Of a stretch of DNA of 64,000 nucleotides, positions 15,184 to 24,800 are shown in pieces. Under the pieces are notes generated by a model that saw only the letters and a list, made by a program, of their open reading frames with translations, was not told the origin of the DNA and searched no databases. Each line of letters starts with the position of its first letter. The first letter of the stretch is position 1. The position numbers were made by a program, and so were the translations under genes. The DNA is from Deltaproteobacteria bacterium HGW-Deltaproteobacteria-19 (lineage in GTDB: Bacteria; Desulfobacterota; Syntrophia; Syntrophales; PHBD01): contig PHBD01000013.1 of the NCBI GenBank assembly GCA_002841865.1, positions 6,524-70,523 of the forward strand. Direction: 5' to 3'.

Positions 15184-16536
15184 GTGAACGACATGGCAAG
15201 CCGGGTGAACGACGACCACATATTCTATCGAAGTCCCGCGAAGTTCTACCCCATGGTGGAGCGGGGAGAGGGCGTCTACCTCTGGGATACGGAGGGGAAG
15301 CGCTATCTCGACGGCTCCGGCGGGGCCGTGGTGTCCTCCATCGGCCACGGCATCCGGGAGATTGCCGCGGCCGCGGCGGCCCAGATGGAGAAGGTCACCT
15401 TCACCCACGGCAGCCAGTTCACGAGCCGTCCCGCCGTGGAGCTGGCGGAGCGCCTGGTGCGGATGGCGCCTCCCGGGCTGGAGCGGGTCTACTACTGCTC
15501 CATCGGCTCCGAGGCGGTGGAGACGGCCGTCAAGATGGTCCGGCAGTACCAGGTGGACCGGGGGAAGCCCTCGAAATACAAGGTCATCTCCCGCTGGACG
15601 AGCTTCCACGGCAACTCCCTGGGGGCCCTGTCTCTGGGGGGACACATGGGACGGCGGAAGTATTACCTGCCCCTTTTCCCCCACACGCCCCACATCCCGC
15701 CGGCCTACTGCTACCGCTGCCCCTGGGGCCGGGAGCCCGGCTCGTGCTCCCTGGAGTGCGCCGACGAGCTGGAGCGGGCCATTCTGTACGAGGGGCCCGA
15801 CGCCGTGTCGGCCTTCATCGCCGAGCCCGTCGTCGGGGCCACCGCGGGCTGCCTGGTGCCGAGGGACGGCTATTTCCAGAGGATCCGGGAGATCTGCGAC
15901 CGCTACGACGTGCTCCTCATCGCCGACGAGGTGATGACCGGGATCGGCCGGACGGGCCGGAACTTCGCCCTCGAACACTGGAACACCGTCCCGGACCTGA
16001 TCGTCTGCGCCAAGGGTCTCTCGGCGGGCTACCATCCCGTCAACGTGGTCATCGCGAAGGGGGAGATCCATCGGGTCATCCGGGAGGCCACGGGCACCTT
16101 CGTCCATGGCCACACCTACAGCCAGAACCCCCTGGGATGCGCCGTCGCCCTGGCGGTCCTCGATTACATGGACGCCCACAGCTTGGTGAACCGGTCCGCC
16201 GCCCTGGGGGCGTATCTCCTCGAAAAACTCCAGGTTCTCCGCCGGCACCCCATGGTCGGGGACATCCGCGGGCTGGGGCTCTTCGCCGGGGTCGAACTGG
16301 TGAAGGACCGGGAGACGAAGGAGACCTTCGCCCCGGCGCAGAAGGTCAACGCCCTGGTGGGGAACCGGGCCTTCGCCAAGGGCCTCATCACCTATCCCGG
16401 CGGAGGCGGCGCCAACGGCGTCCACGGCGACCACATTCTCCTGGCGCCGCCCTTCATCATCACGGAGGCCCAGATCGACGACCTGGTCTCCGTGCTCGAC
16501 GAGGCGATCGGGGAGGTGGCGGCGGAGCTGCGGTAA
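15184..16536 (+). CDS. class-III (omega-type) PLP aminotransferase
   Basis: GEGVYLWDTEGKRYLDGSGGAVVSSIGHG, LLIADEVMTGIGRTG and the CAKGLS lysine region. Confidence 0.85.
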   Translation: MNDMASRVNDDHIFYRSPAKFYPMVERGEGVYLWDTEGKRYLDGSGGAVVSSIGHGIREIAAAAAAQMEKVTFTHGSQFTSRPAVELAERLVRMAPPGLERVYYCSIGSEAVETAVKMVRQYQVDRGKPSKYKVISRWTSFHGNSLGALSLGGHMGRRKYYLPLFPHTPHIPPAYCYRCPWGREPGSCSLECADELERAILYEGPDAVSAFIAEPVVGATAGCLVPRDGYFQRIREICDRYDVLLIADEVMTGIGRTGRNFALEHWNTVPDLIVCAKGLSAGYHPVNVVIAKGEIHRVIREATGTFVHGHTYSQNPLGCAVALAVLDYMDAHSLVNRSAALGAYLLEKLQVLRRHPMVGDIRGLGLFAGVELVKDRETKETFAPAQKVNALVGNRAFAKGLITYPGGGGANGVHGDHILLAPPFIITEAQIDDLVSVLDEAIGEVAAELR

Positions 16537-16715
16537 TCCCTGCGGCATGCATCAGAGAAGAGACGCCGGCTGATGATGGAGTCGAGTGCCGTGGCTGGCA
16601 CGTCCTGGTGCACGTGTAAAAAATTTCCGGATGCATGGAAACGGCATCAACTCTCGCGATTGCTGGATCGTTGGAGAGCTTGGCGGGTCGCGATTCCGCA
16701 GGCAGGATTATCTCG

Positions 16716-16744
16716 TTGACAATCTGTAGCCAGGAGGCTACATT
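16716..16744 (+). promoter_or_regulatory. possible sigma70 promoter with an embedded palindromic operator for the TA operon
   Basis: TTGACA (16716-16721), a 17-nt spacer, then TACATT (16739-16744). The palindrome TGTAGCC-AGGA-GGCTACA (16725-16742) lies in the spacer. The -10 ends only 5 nt before the ATG, so either the mRNA is near-leaderless or this promoter call is wrong. Confidence 0.3.
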
Positions 16745-16749
16745 TTTTC

Positions 16750-17040
16750 ATGGTAGAGATCCGCAAGACAGAAACATTTGCGAAGTGGATTGATTCATTG
16801 GATGACGTCCGTGCACGAGCCCGGATTCTTGTCAGAATTGAAAGATTGGCGGCTGGCAATCCTAGAGATGTCAAGGCTGTTAGCGAGGGCGTTTCGGAGT
16901 TGCGAGTCGATTATGGCCCCGGTTATCGAGTGTATTACATAAAGCACGGACTGAACGTCGTCATTTTGTTAGCCGGTGGCGACAAGGCTACGCAAGCCAG
17001 AGATATCAAGACGGCTTTGCGCCTGGCGAAGAATCTGTAG
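16750..17040 (+). CDS. type II toxin, RelE/ParE superfamily (addiction module killer, HigB-like)
   Basis: ETFAKWIDSLDD..ARARILVRIERLAAGNPGDVK-type pattern, followed by GYRVYY...VVILLAGGDKATQARDI. Confidence 0.8.
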   Translation: MVEIRKTETFAKWIDSLDDVRARARILVRIERLAAGNPRDVKAVSEGVSELRVDYGPGYRVYYIKHGLNVVILLAGGDKATQARDIKTALRLAKNL

Positions 17041-17049
17041 GAGAGAACC

Positions 17050-17352
17050 ATGGCCGGAACCATAACGACGAAGTTCGATGTCGCCGAGCATCTTCGCACA
17101 CCGGAGGAGATGGCCGCCTATCTTGAAGCATGCCTGGAAGAGGCAAATGGCGATGCCGCTTTTATTGCGAAAGCCCTGGGTGACATAGCCCGAGCCAAAG
17201 GCATGTCGCAAGTGGCGCGTGATGCCGGCCTGTCACGGGAAAGCCTTTACAAGGCTCTTTCCGGGGAACGCAGTCCAGGTTTTGACACAATCCTGAAAGT
17301 TATCAACGCACTCGGCCTGAAGTTGCACGCGGAAGCCGTACCGGGAAAATGA
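17050..17352 (+). CDS. type II antitoxin, HigA-like HTH (addiction module antidote)
   Basis: FDVAEHLRTPEEMAAYLEACLEE...IAKALGDIARAKGMSQVARDAGLSRESLYKALS. Confidence 0.8.
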   Translation: MAGTITTKFDVAEHLRTPEEMAAYLEACLEEANGDAAFIAKALGDIARAKGMSQVARDAGLSRESLYKALSGERSPGFDTILKVINALGLKLHAEAVPGK

Positions 17353-17390
17353 TCAACAGCCCCCGTCAAGCCATTTGACGGGAAAACCGT

Positions 17391-18002
17391 TCAGGAGTGG
17401 GTGGAACTCCCGCCGATAGCGTTGTCCGTTTCCCGCTGGTAGGCGATCTGCCGGCCCCGGCGGGTGTAGGCGTCCGTCAGGATATCCTCCCGGTTGCGGA
17501 AGATGTCCGTCTCAGAGATTCCCAGGCCCGCCAGCATGCGCCGTTCCGTCTCCCGGTGCGGTTCGACGGTTCCGTCCGCCAGGATGTGCAGCACCTCGAC
17601 TCCGCGCTCCTGGAGGCGGCGGGCCACGAGAATGCCCCGGTGGCAGTCCAGCGGATCTTTCTCCGCGCACATCAAGGCGATGCGATAGGTTTCAATTCCC
17701 CTCAGGACGCGCTCAATACCCTGCCTGAACGATTCATCCCGGGCCAACCGTTCGAAACAGACCCTGCCGTCAAGATAATGGGACGGGTTTTCGCTCCGCG
17801 CCCCGAGCTCGCGGCCGAGGAAGGCGTACGCGATGCCCGCTTCCTGCAGCTTCCGCTGGATCTCGCTTTTGTTGAACCGGGGAACGTGGCGGCTGTAGGG
17901 CCGGGAGCGGACGTCCGCCACGGCGTCGATGCGGTGCCGCTCCAGCAGGAGGAGGAATTCCTCCCAGGTGTGGTTCGAGTGGCCGATGGTGTAGACCTTC
18001 AT
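17391..18002 (-). CDS. DUF488-domain protein
   Basis: MKVYTIGHSNHTWEEFLLLL..IDAVADVRSRPYSRHVPRFNK. Confidence 0.75.
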   Translation of the reverse strand: MKVYTIGHSNHTWEEFLLLLERHRIDAVADVRSRPYSRHVPRFNKSEIQRKLQEAGIAYAFLGRELGARSENPSHYLDGRVCFERLARDESFRQGIERVLRGIETYRIALMCAEKDPLDCHRGILVARRLQERGVEVLHILADGTVEPHRETERRMLAGLGISETDIFRNREDILTDAYTRRGRQIAYQRETDNAIGGSSTHS

Positions 18003-18050
18003 GATCGACCGGCCCGCCCGGCGGGAGGAGAATGGAGAGGCCGTTCCATG

Positions 18051-20252
18051 TCAGGTCCTGCCCGGATCCCCCGGTGCCGGAGCGGCCATGCCGAACAGCT
18101 GCTCCACCCGGGCCAGCCGCCGGGACGCTTCCCGGGTCGGTTTCCCCGCCGCGGAGACGATCTTCCGGATGGCTTCGAGCGCCCGCGCCCGCAGGCGGGC
18201 ATCCGCGGGCAGCATAGCCGGGATTGCGGCCAGCGCCGCGTCGCGGTCCAGAAGCAGGCTGTAGAACTGCCGCCTCACCATGCGCTTGAATTCCTCCAGG
18301 GTGACGGCGTCGTTGCGGGCGCGCATCATGCGCAGCGCCTTAAAGTGGCGCTCGTCCACCCCGAACCCCGCCTCCAGCGTGCCGATGTAAATCAGGCTGC
18401 GGATGGCCGCCTCGTGGAGCCCGCCCTCGGCGATGCGGGCCTTGAAGGCGGCGATGCGCCCCCGGATGAACTCGATCCGCTCCGGCTCCACGCCGGGCCG
18501 CCGGCGCGGGCCCGCGTCGGTCGCTCGCAATCCCACCAGCGCCTGCAGCAGTGGGGAGCCGTACGTCCACAGGAAGACCTGCTCCACGCTCCGGTCCCTC
18601 CAGTCGCGCCAGCCGTCGAGGGCGGCGACGATCCCCTCCGAGACCGCCGACTGCACCTCCTGCAGCCAGTTGTCGGGCGGCAGGGGACGGCGCTCCCCGC
18701 GGACTTCCCCGGCGAGCCGGGCGAGAGGCTTCATCAGCGGGTTCTTGTCGGAAAAGAGCTCGAAGGGAAGCACCGCGGGGTTCGTCATGTGCAGCCACGA
18801 GGCGGCGGCGTCGTTGGCGAAGGTCTGCACGAAGGGCTGCAGCGTCATGCGGTACAGGCCGAGATTGATTTCGGAGACCCGGCGGGCCGTCGCGAACCGG
18901 CGATCGTTTTCCAGGCTCGGCCGAACGATGGCCCGGATGTCGTCCAGGGTGCGGGGCTCGAAACGCACGATCCAGTCGCCGGCGACCAGGTCCGGGCTGA
19001 CGGCCTCGCCGGTCTTGGGGGTCATGACCGCCTCGAACAGCCCGGGCGGCAGCACGTCGATCAGGTCGATGTTGGAGGCGAACTCCTCATGCTCTTTCCG
19101 GGCCACCGAGCCGGACACGAAGATGCCCAGGTGGCCGATGCTCTCGTGGACCGCATAGACGATGGTCTGGTCGCAGGCGAACAGGTCCTCGTCCTTCTCG
19201 TACAGGTCGACGATCCATCCGAGGGCCTGCTGGGGCGGTGTGATGTTGTCGCCCTTCGAGCAGAAGCAGACGATGGGCGAGCGGATGTTGCGCAGATCGA
19301 CGCGGATCCCGTCACTGGTGGTGATCTCGGCGGTGGCGAGCCGGTTGCCGACGAACAGATGGTCGACGATCCACTGCATCTCCGAGGCGTTGAGGTTGAC
19401 GTGGCCGCCCCAGTAGTTCTCGAACTCCAGGAAGCGGGCCGCCTCGGTATCCACCTTCGCCCAGACGTTGTAGTTCTTGGCCCACAGGGTGTTGGCCGGG
19501 TTGAGGTTCTCGAAGTTTTCCACCAGGTAGGCGCCGTCGAACTTGCCGTTGCCCAGGTCTCCGGTGAGGGCGGTGAGCCAGCTTCCCCCCAGCAGCCCGC
19601 CGCTGTAGCGCATGGGATTCTGCCCCTCCACGCCGGCCCAGTAGGAAAGCGGAGCGCCGGCGATGATGATCGGGCCGAATAGCTCCGGCCTGAGCGCCGC
19701 CAGCATCATGACCGACCAGCCGGCCTGGCAGTTGCCGATCACGCAGGGCCGGCCCTCTGCGTCCGGGTGCAGCTCGATCACCTTTTCCAGGAAGACCGCC
19801 TCGGCCCGGATGATGTCCTCGATGGTCTGGTCGGGCATCGGTTCGGGCAGGAAGCCGATGAAATAGCAGGGGTGTCCGGCGCGCATAGCCACGCCGATCT
19901 CGCTGTCGGCCTTGAACCCGCCGATCCCCGGCCCGTGCCCGGCCCGCGGATCGACCACGACGAAGGGGCGTTTCAGCGGGTCGATGACGATCCCCGCGGG
20001 CGGCTTGATCCGCACCAGTCCATAGCTGGCGGGCCGCTCGAAGAACAGGCCGTTGAGAACCGGTTCGGCCTCGAAATGAAGAACGTTCGGCACCACCATC
20101 GCCTTGTGCCGGCGATACTGGTTGCCCCGTTGCCGAAGCACGTCCCAGTACAGGATCGTGCGCTGCCACGCATCCGCCCAGTAGTCGAAGGCCTGCCGGG
20201 CAAAATCGGGTACAACCTGCATGGCAAACGGGGATTCCGGAGGAGTTGTCAT
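18051..20252 (-). CDS. DUF3141-family protein (alpha/beta-fold, PHA-synthase-like)
   Basis: 733 aa. The N-terminus is YWDVLRQRGNQY...PFVVVDPRAGHGPGIGGFK, and it contains VIGNCQAGW. Confidence 0.7.
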   Translation of the reverse strand: MTTPPESPFAMQVVPDFARQAFDYWADAWQRTILYWDVLRQRGNQYRRHKAMVVPNVLHFEAEPVLNGLFFERPASYGLVRIKPPAGIVIDPLKRPFVVVDPRAGHGPGIGGFKADSEIGVAMRAGHPCYFIGFLPEPMPDQTIEDIIRAEAVFLEKVIELHPDAEGRPCVIGNCQAGWSVMMLAALRPELFGPIIIAGAPLSYWAGVEGQNPMRYSGGLLGGSWLTALTGDLGNGKFDGAYLVENFENLNPANTLWAKNYNVWAKVDTEAARFLEFENYWGGHVNLNASEMQWIVDHLFVGNRLATAEITTSDGIRVDLRNIRSPIVCFCSKGDNITPPQQALGWIVDLYEKDEDLFACDQTIVYAVHESIGHLGIFVSGSVARKEHEEFASNIDLIDVLPPGLFEAVMTPKTGEAVSPDLVAGDWIVRFEPRTLDDIRAIVRPSLENDRRFATARRVSEINLGLYRMTLQPFVQTFANDAAASWLHMTNPAVLPFELFSDKNPLMKPLARLAGEVRGERRPLPPDNWLQEVQSAVSEGIVAALDGWRDWRDRSVEQVFLWTYGSPLLQALVGLRATDAGPRRRPGVEPERIEFIRGRIAAFKARIAEGGLHEAAIRSLIYIGTLEAGFGVDERHFKALRMMRARNDAVTLEEFKRMVRRQFYSLLLDRDAALAAIPAMLPADARLRARALEAIRKIVSAAGKPTREASRRLARVEQLFGMAAPAPGDPGRT

Positions 20253-20274
20253 CTGTGGCCTCCCTGGTCGTTCT

Positions 20275-21054
20275 TCATTTGGTGATCAGCATCTCATCCC
20301 ACTTGCAATAGAGAAAGCGGAGAAAATCGTACTCGAAGGGATAACCGCTGTCGTAATAGCCAAACCGCACCCGATGCCTCATGTCGATGGCTTCCACCGT
20401 GGACACGCCCGCGAGAATGACGTCTCCGTGGTTGACATTTCCGAGGGGGTCGATTGTGTGGATCGCCGCATAGCGGATGCCCGCGTCCACCGCGAACCCT
20501 CCGGCGCTGCGCATCGTGTTGGGCCCCAGCACCGGAAGTACCAGGTAGGGTCCGGCACCGACGTTCCAGCGGCCCAGGGTCTGGCCGAAGTCCCCGTGCT
20601 GCTTTTTCAGGCCCATCTGCGTGGCCGGGTCGAGCAGGCCGCCGATGCCGATGGTGCTGTTGGCCAGGAAGCGGCCGAACGTGATCAGGAACTTCTTCCC
20701 TTTCAACTGGAAGGCGCTGTTATAGAGCGTCCGAAGCTCTCCAATGTTGCCGAAAAAGTTGGTGATTCCTTTCTGGGCAAGGGTGGGAACGATGAACTCG
20801 TACCCCTTCACGACGGGGAGAAAGACGTATTTGTCGAGGCGGTAATTGAAATTGTACATGCTGCGGTTGAAGCCCTCCCAGGGATCCGCAATGTCGGCGA
20901 CCCGCTCGTCGTCAGTGAATTCGGCGACCGTGTGCCTGGCCGGCTCCTCGGGAAGCAGCGCCGAGGTCCTTGTCGCGGCGCACCCGGAAAGGGACAGAAC
21001 CAGGTACAGGGCGGCGACGAGGAACGGGAATGCGTGTCGGAGGAGAATCTTCAT
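20275..21054 (-). CDS. mlaA: MlaA/VacJ-family outer-membrane lipoprotein
   Basis: Lipobox LSLSGC. EGFNRSMYNFNYRLDKYVFLPVVKGY. Confidence 0.8.
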   Translation of the reverse strand: MKILLRHAFPFLVAALYLVLSLSGCAATRTSALLPEEPARHTVAEFTDDERVADIADPWEGFNRSMYNFNYRLDKYVFLPVVKGYEFIVPTLAQKGITNFFGNIGELRTLYNSAFQLKGKKFLITFGRFLANSTIGIGGLLDPATQMGLKKQHGDFGQTLGRWNVGAGPYLVLPVLGPNTMRSAGGFAVDAGIRYAAIHTIDPLGNVNHGDVILAGVSTVEAIDMRHRVRFGYYDSGYPFEYDFLRFLYCKWDEMLITK

Positions 21055-21064
21055 GCGGTGCGCC

Positions 21065-22342
21065 TCATTCCTGTTTGAAGAAGCCGATGAAGTCGGCCAT
21101 GTTGTCCCGGTATTCGAGATTGCCCATGTGGCCCCCGCGGGGATAGATCCTGGCCCGTTCGCCGAACAGCCCGCGGAGGTAGTCGACTTCCTCCTTCACC
21201 AGGATGAAGTCGTCTTCGTTCGTCATGGCCCCGAACTTGGGGGACGCCTTCAGGTACCCCTCGATGCTCCTGAGGCCCAGCGAAGCGATGTAAGCGGACC
21301 GGTCGAGACCGGGCCGCTTCTTTCGAAAGTATGGATAGACGTACTCGTCGAAGTAGTTGAGGAAACTGAGATGGACGGCCACCCGGAAATAGTCGCCAAG
21401 CGGGTCGGTGGCACCGAGAACCCGGTTTTTCGGCACGACGTAGCCGCTGTTGGTCATGACGTCCGAGGAAAAGATCAATCCGGCCAGGGAGATCCGGAAG
21501 GAGAGACCGATCAGGCCTCCGCTTTCATCGTGGGAGAAGAGATGGGCTTTGTAGACCGCGTAGAGTAAATTGTCGTCGATGTCGACGTAATCCCCCCTGC
21601 GGTAGAACTCAGTGACCTTAGCGAGCATCCGGTTGAAATAGGCTCCGATCTTCCGCGGACCTCCGGGAATTCTCTCCAGCAGTCCCTCGATGCGGTTCAC
21701 GGAGTTGAAGAGGTTCACCGCCGGATTGACCAGAAGGACCTTGCGAAAGTTGAAAACCTTCCTCTCTTCGTCCAGCCGGGCCACGAAAGCGGCATGGGTC
21801 CCGCCCAGGCTGTATCCGCAGAGGTGGAACTCGGACACCTCGACATCCGCCTTGACCCTGTCCCAGGCGAGTTCCATTGCCCGGTGGAGATCCTCCGCGT
21901 CTTCCGTCAGATCGCCGGGGACGTGGCTTCGGGAGGCATTGATGATGAAGTTCGGGTGGGTGGGGGAGGGCAGGGTGATGACATGGTAGCCCGCTCCGTA
22001 GAGTGCCGCCATCATCGCCAGCGCTTTTTGCGACTGGTCGTCGGCGCCGGTCCCGGCGATCAGGAAAACCAGGGGCGCCTTCTTGTCCTGGTAGGCCAGC
22101 GTGCAGCGGAGACCTTCGTCGTAAAAGAAAACATCGGGCTTCCGGAGAGCGGGGCTGATGTCCAGGAAGAGCTGGCGCACGGACATTCGCTCCGGACGCG
22201 GGGCTTTGAGGGGACCGGGCGTCCCCAGGATCGTTGCCTCGTAGGCGCCGGGGATCGGATAGCCATATTCGTCCGCCGCCGGGACTGCAGCCGGCAACAG
22301 CAAAAGCCAGAGAATAACGAGGGCGATCAGTCGCTTCATCAA
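21065..22342 (-). CDS. secreted alpha/beta-hydrolase-fold protein
   Basis: Signal peptide and a nucleophile elbow GYSLGG. 425 aa. Confidence 0.55.
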   Translation of the reverse strand: MMKRLIALVILWLLLLPAAVPAADEYGYPIPGAYEATILGTPGPLKAPRPERMSVRQLFLDISPALRKPDVFFYDEGLRCTLAYQDKKAPLVFLIAGTGADDQSQKALAMMAALYGAGYHVITLPSPTHPNFIINASRSHVPGDLTEDAEDLHRAMELAWDRVKADVEVSEFHLCGYSLGGTHAAFVARLDEERKVFNFRKVLLVNPAVNLFNSVNRIEGLLERIPGGPRKIGAYFNRMLAKVTEFYRRGDYVDIDDNLLYAVYKAHLFSHDESGGLIGLSFRISLAGLIFSSDVMTNSGYVVPKNRVLGATDPLGDYFRVAVHLSFLNYFDEYVYPYFRKKRPGLDRSAYIASLGLRSIEGYLKASPKFGAMTNEDDFILVKEEVDYLRGLFGERARIYPRGGHMGNLEYRDNMADFIGFFKQE

Positions 22343-22652
22343 CGGGACCTCGTTCCTGCAAGTTTTGTATCGCCAGGATCATCGGCCGAACATGCGGTGC
22401 GCCGCGACATCTCCATGAAGGGTGAATGCCGGGGACGATCCTTTATACATGAACGAAGGCCATATGCAGAGAAAAAAAACCGACGGCCCGGCTGTGACGT
22501 GCTCTCCCCGTTGTCTGTTCGCTGCATCGGAGCACGGGCGCCGTGGGGAGTGAAAGAACATCTTGCCCAACAGCCGGGAGGATTGTATTCTCTGCCGCGT
22601 CGTTGCTTTTTCGTTTGCCGTATCCCTTGCATCCCTCGAAAAGGAGAAAATC

Positions 22653-24368
22653 ATGTCCCTGAATAAATTCATGATTCGTGGCGATCGTATGCAACATTGC
22701 CTCGGGAGATTCCTCTCCCTTCTTCTTCTGCTGTTCCTGGCCGTGCCGGCAATGCCCGCCGGGTCCTCCGAGACGGTCCCGTCGAAGATCCGGGACGTCA
22801 CCCTCTTCACGGACCAGGCCCTGGTTACCCGGGAGGCGTCGCTCCGCGTCAAGCCGGGGCTCCACGAGCTGCTCCTGGACGTGGAGGCCTTCCAGGTGGA
22901 CGGCGACTCCGTCACGGCCAAGGTCTTCGGGGACGGGGAGATCCTGGGTGTCCAGTTCCGGGAGGTGCCCCTCCGGGAGGCGGCCCAGGAGAACATCCGG
23001 GCCCTGGAGCAGAAGCTCAGGTCACTGCGCCAGGCCGAGCGGCGCCTGAACGACGACAAGGAGGTGCTGGCGAAAAAGGAGCAGTTCCTGAAATCCGTCG
23101 TGTCCTTCTCCGAGGGGCAGGTACCCAAGGACATCAAGACGTCCTTCCCGAAAACGGAAGACCTGGACAAGACCGTCCGGTTCCTGGGAACGAACTTCGA
23201 CGCCGTCGCGCGGGACCGGCGGGTCCTGGACGAGAAGATCGAGGACGTCCGGAAGGACATCAAGGTCGCCGAGAAGGAGCTGCAGGCCCTGCGGAGGCCG
23301 TCGGGAGAGTCGAAGAAGGTCATCGAGGTGACCTTTCGGGCCACCCGGGAGCAGCGGATCCGCATCGAGGCGTCCTACCTGGTGCGCCAGGCGACGTGGG
23401 GCGCCCTCTACCGGGCCTCGGTCCCCGCATCCCTGGACGGTGTGGACCTTTCCCTGTTTTCCCGGATCCGGCAGAAGACGGGAGAGGACTGGGACCGGGT
23501 GTCCCTCTCCCTCTCCAACGTGATCCCCCTCAAGGGCGTCGACCTCCCCGAGCCCGCCCCCTGGATCCTCTCGCTCCCGAGACCCGCGCCGACTGCCTAC
23601 AAGCGGGCCGAGCGGTATGACATGAACCGGACCAAGGCCGCCATGGCGGCTCCGGCGCCAATGCAGGAAGCCGTGGGTGGAGTGGAGGAGGACGAGGCCC
23701 CGGCCCGGGAAGCCGCTTTTGTCGCCGCCGCCCGGGAGGCTTCTGCACTGTCCTTCGAGTACCGCATCCCCCAGGCGGTGAGCATCGAGTCGCGGGACAA
23801 GGAGACCGTTCTGCCCCTGACGACGAAGCGCCTCAAGGGGGATTTCTTCCTCTACACCGTGCCGAAGACCAGCAACCTCGCCTTCCTGGTGTGCCGGACC
23901 GCCTCCGACGCGGAGCTCCTGAGCGGCCCGCTGAACGTCTATTTCAGCGGGCGCTACGTGGGCAAGACCACGCTCGCCGAAAAACGACCGGGCAAGGAGT
24001 TCTACCTGAACCTGGGGGCTGACCGGGAGGTGAAGGTCCAGCGGGTGAAGAGCCGGGACAGGCTGAAGGAAACCCTCTTCGGGATGGAGCGGAACACGAT
24101 CGTCCGCGAGCTTGCCTACACGCTGACCGTCGAGAACCTGAAGGATAAACCCGTCACCGTCCGGATTCTCGACGCCGCGCCGGTCTCCCGGACCGACCGG
24201 ATCCAGGTGAAGGACCTGAAGCTCGATCCCCAGCCGAAGGAAAAGGACGTCCAGGGCCAGGAGGGCGTCTACCTCTGGGAAGTCACGCTGAAGCCGCGGG
24301 AAAAGCGGGACGTCGGGATCTCCTTCGAGGTCTCCTACCCCAAGGACTCGCCGCCTGTCGGCCTGTAA
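22653..24368 (+). CDS. DUF4140/DUF4139 (mucoidy-inhibitor MuiA-like) protein
   Basis: ATG at 22653 follows AAGGAG. Signal peptide. IRDVTLFTDQALVTREASL...; coiled-coil middle region. Confidence 0.65.
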   Translation: MSLNKFMIRGDRMQHCLGRFLSLLLLLFLAVPAMPAGSSETVPSKIRDVTLFTDQALVTREASLRVKPGLHELLLDVEAFQVDGDSVTAKVFGDGEILGVQFREVPLREAAQENIRALEQKLRSLRQAERRLNDDKEVLAKKEQFLKSVVSFSEGQVPKDIKTSFPKTEDLDKTVRFLGTNFDAVARDRRVLDEKIEDVRKDIKVAEKELQALRRPSGESKKVIEVTFRATREQRIRIEASYLVRQATWGALYRASVPASLDGVDLSLFSRIRQKTGEDWDRVSLSLSNVIPLKGVDLPEPAPWILSLPRPAPTAYKRAERYDMNRTKAAMAAPAPMQEAVGGVEEDEAPAREAAFVAAAREASALSFEYRIPQAVSIESRDKETVLPLTTKRLKGDFFLYTVPKTSNLAFLVCRTASDAELLSGPLNVYFSGRYVGKTTLAEKRPGKEFYLNLGADREVKVQRVKSRDRLKETLFGMERNTIVRELAYTLTVENLKDKPVTVRILDAAPVSRTDRIQVKDLKLDPQPKEKDVQGQEGVYLWEVTLKPREKRDVGISFEVSYPKDSPPVGL

Positions 24369-24388
24369 GGGCCGCGGGGAGGGCGCCC

Positions 24389-24751
24389 ATGGGAGCGGCC
24401 GGGCGGCGGCTGTCCCGGGAGCGGAAGACCCTGGAGGCCATGATCCGCCTCCGGTGCCGGGACGTTCACAAACCGGATGGAGGCGATCTCTGCGGGGAGT
24501 GCCGCGATCTCCTCGGGTATGCCGAAGAGCGCCTCGCGAAGTGCCCCTTCGGGGAGGGGAAGCCCACCTGCGCCCGCTGCCCCGTCCACTGCTACCGGCC
24601 GGAGATGCGGGAGCGGATCCGGGAGGTCATGCGCTACGCCGGTCCCCGGATGATCCGGGAGCATCCCTGGCTGGCCCTGATGCACCTCCTGGACGGACGC
24701 CGGAAAACACCGGGGCGGCCGGGTAAAAAGAGCGGCGGCCCGGAGGGATGA
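24389..24751 (+). CDS. nitrous-oxide-stimulated-promoter (YgbA_NO) family Cys-rich protein
   Basis: RERKTLEAMIRLRCRDVH..LCGECRDLLGYAEERLAKCPFGEGKPTCARCPVHCYRPEMRERIREVMRYAGPRM. Confidence 0.65.
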   Translation: MGAAGRRLSRERKTLEAMIRLRCRDVHKPDGGDLCGECRDLLGYAEERLAKCPFGEGKPTCARCPVHCYRPEMRERIREVMRYAGPRMIREHPWLALMHLLDGRRKTPGRPGKKSGGPEG

Positions 24752-24800
24752 CAGCCGGATCTATCCGCCCCGAATCAAACCATTCAGGAGAGTTCACTTC

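Noticed and set aside
12812-16548. Long minus-strand ORFs (12812-14440 and 15064-16548) opposite corA, the ferritin-like gene and the aminotransferase.
   Set aside because: These are antisense shadow ORFs of high-GC genes. They show extreme Arg/Gly/Pro/Asp/His bias and no motifs, while the sense strand carries clear family signatures.
17397-19682. 761-aa plus-strand ORF across the DUF488 and DUF3141 genes.
   Set aside because: Shadow ORF. It spans two independently recognisable minus-strand genes and has low-complexity composition.
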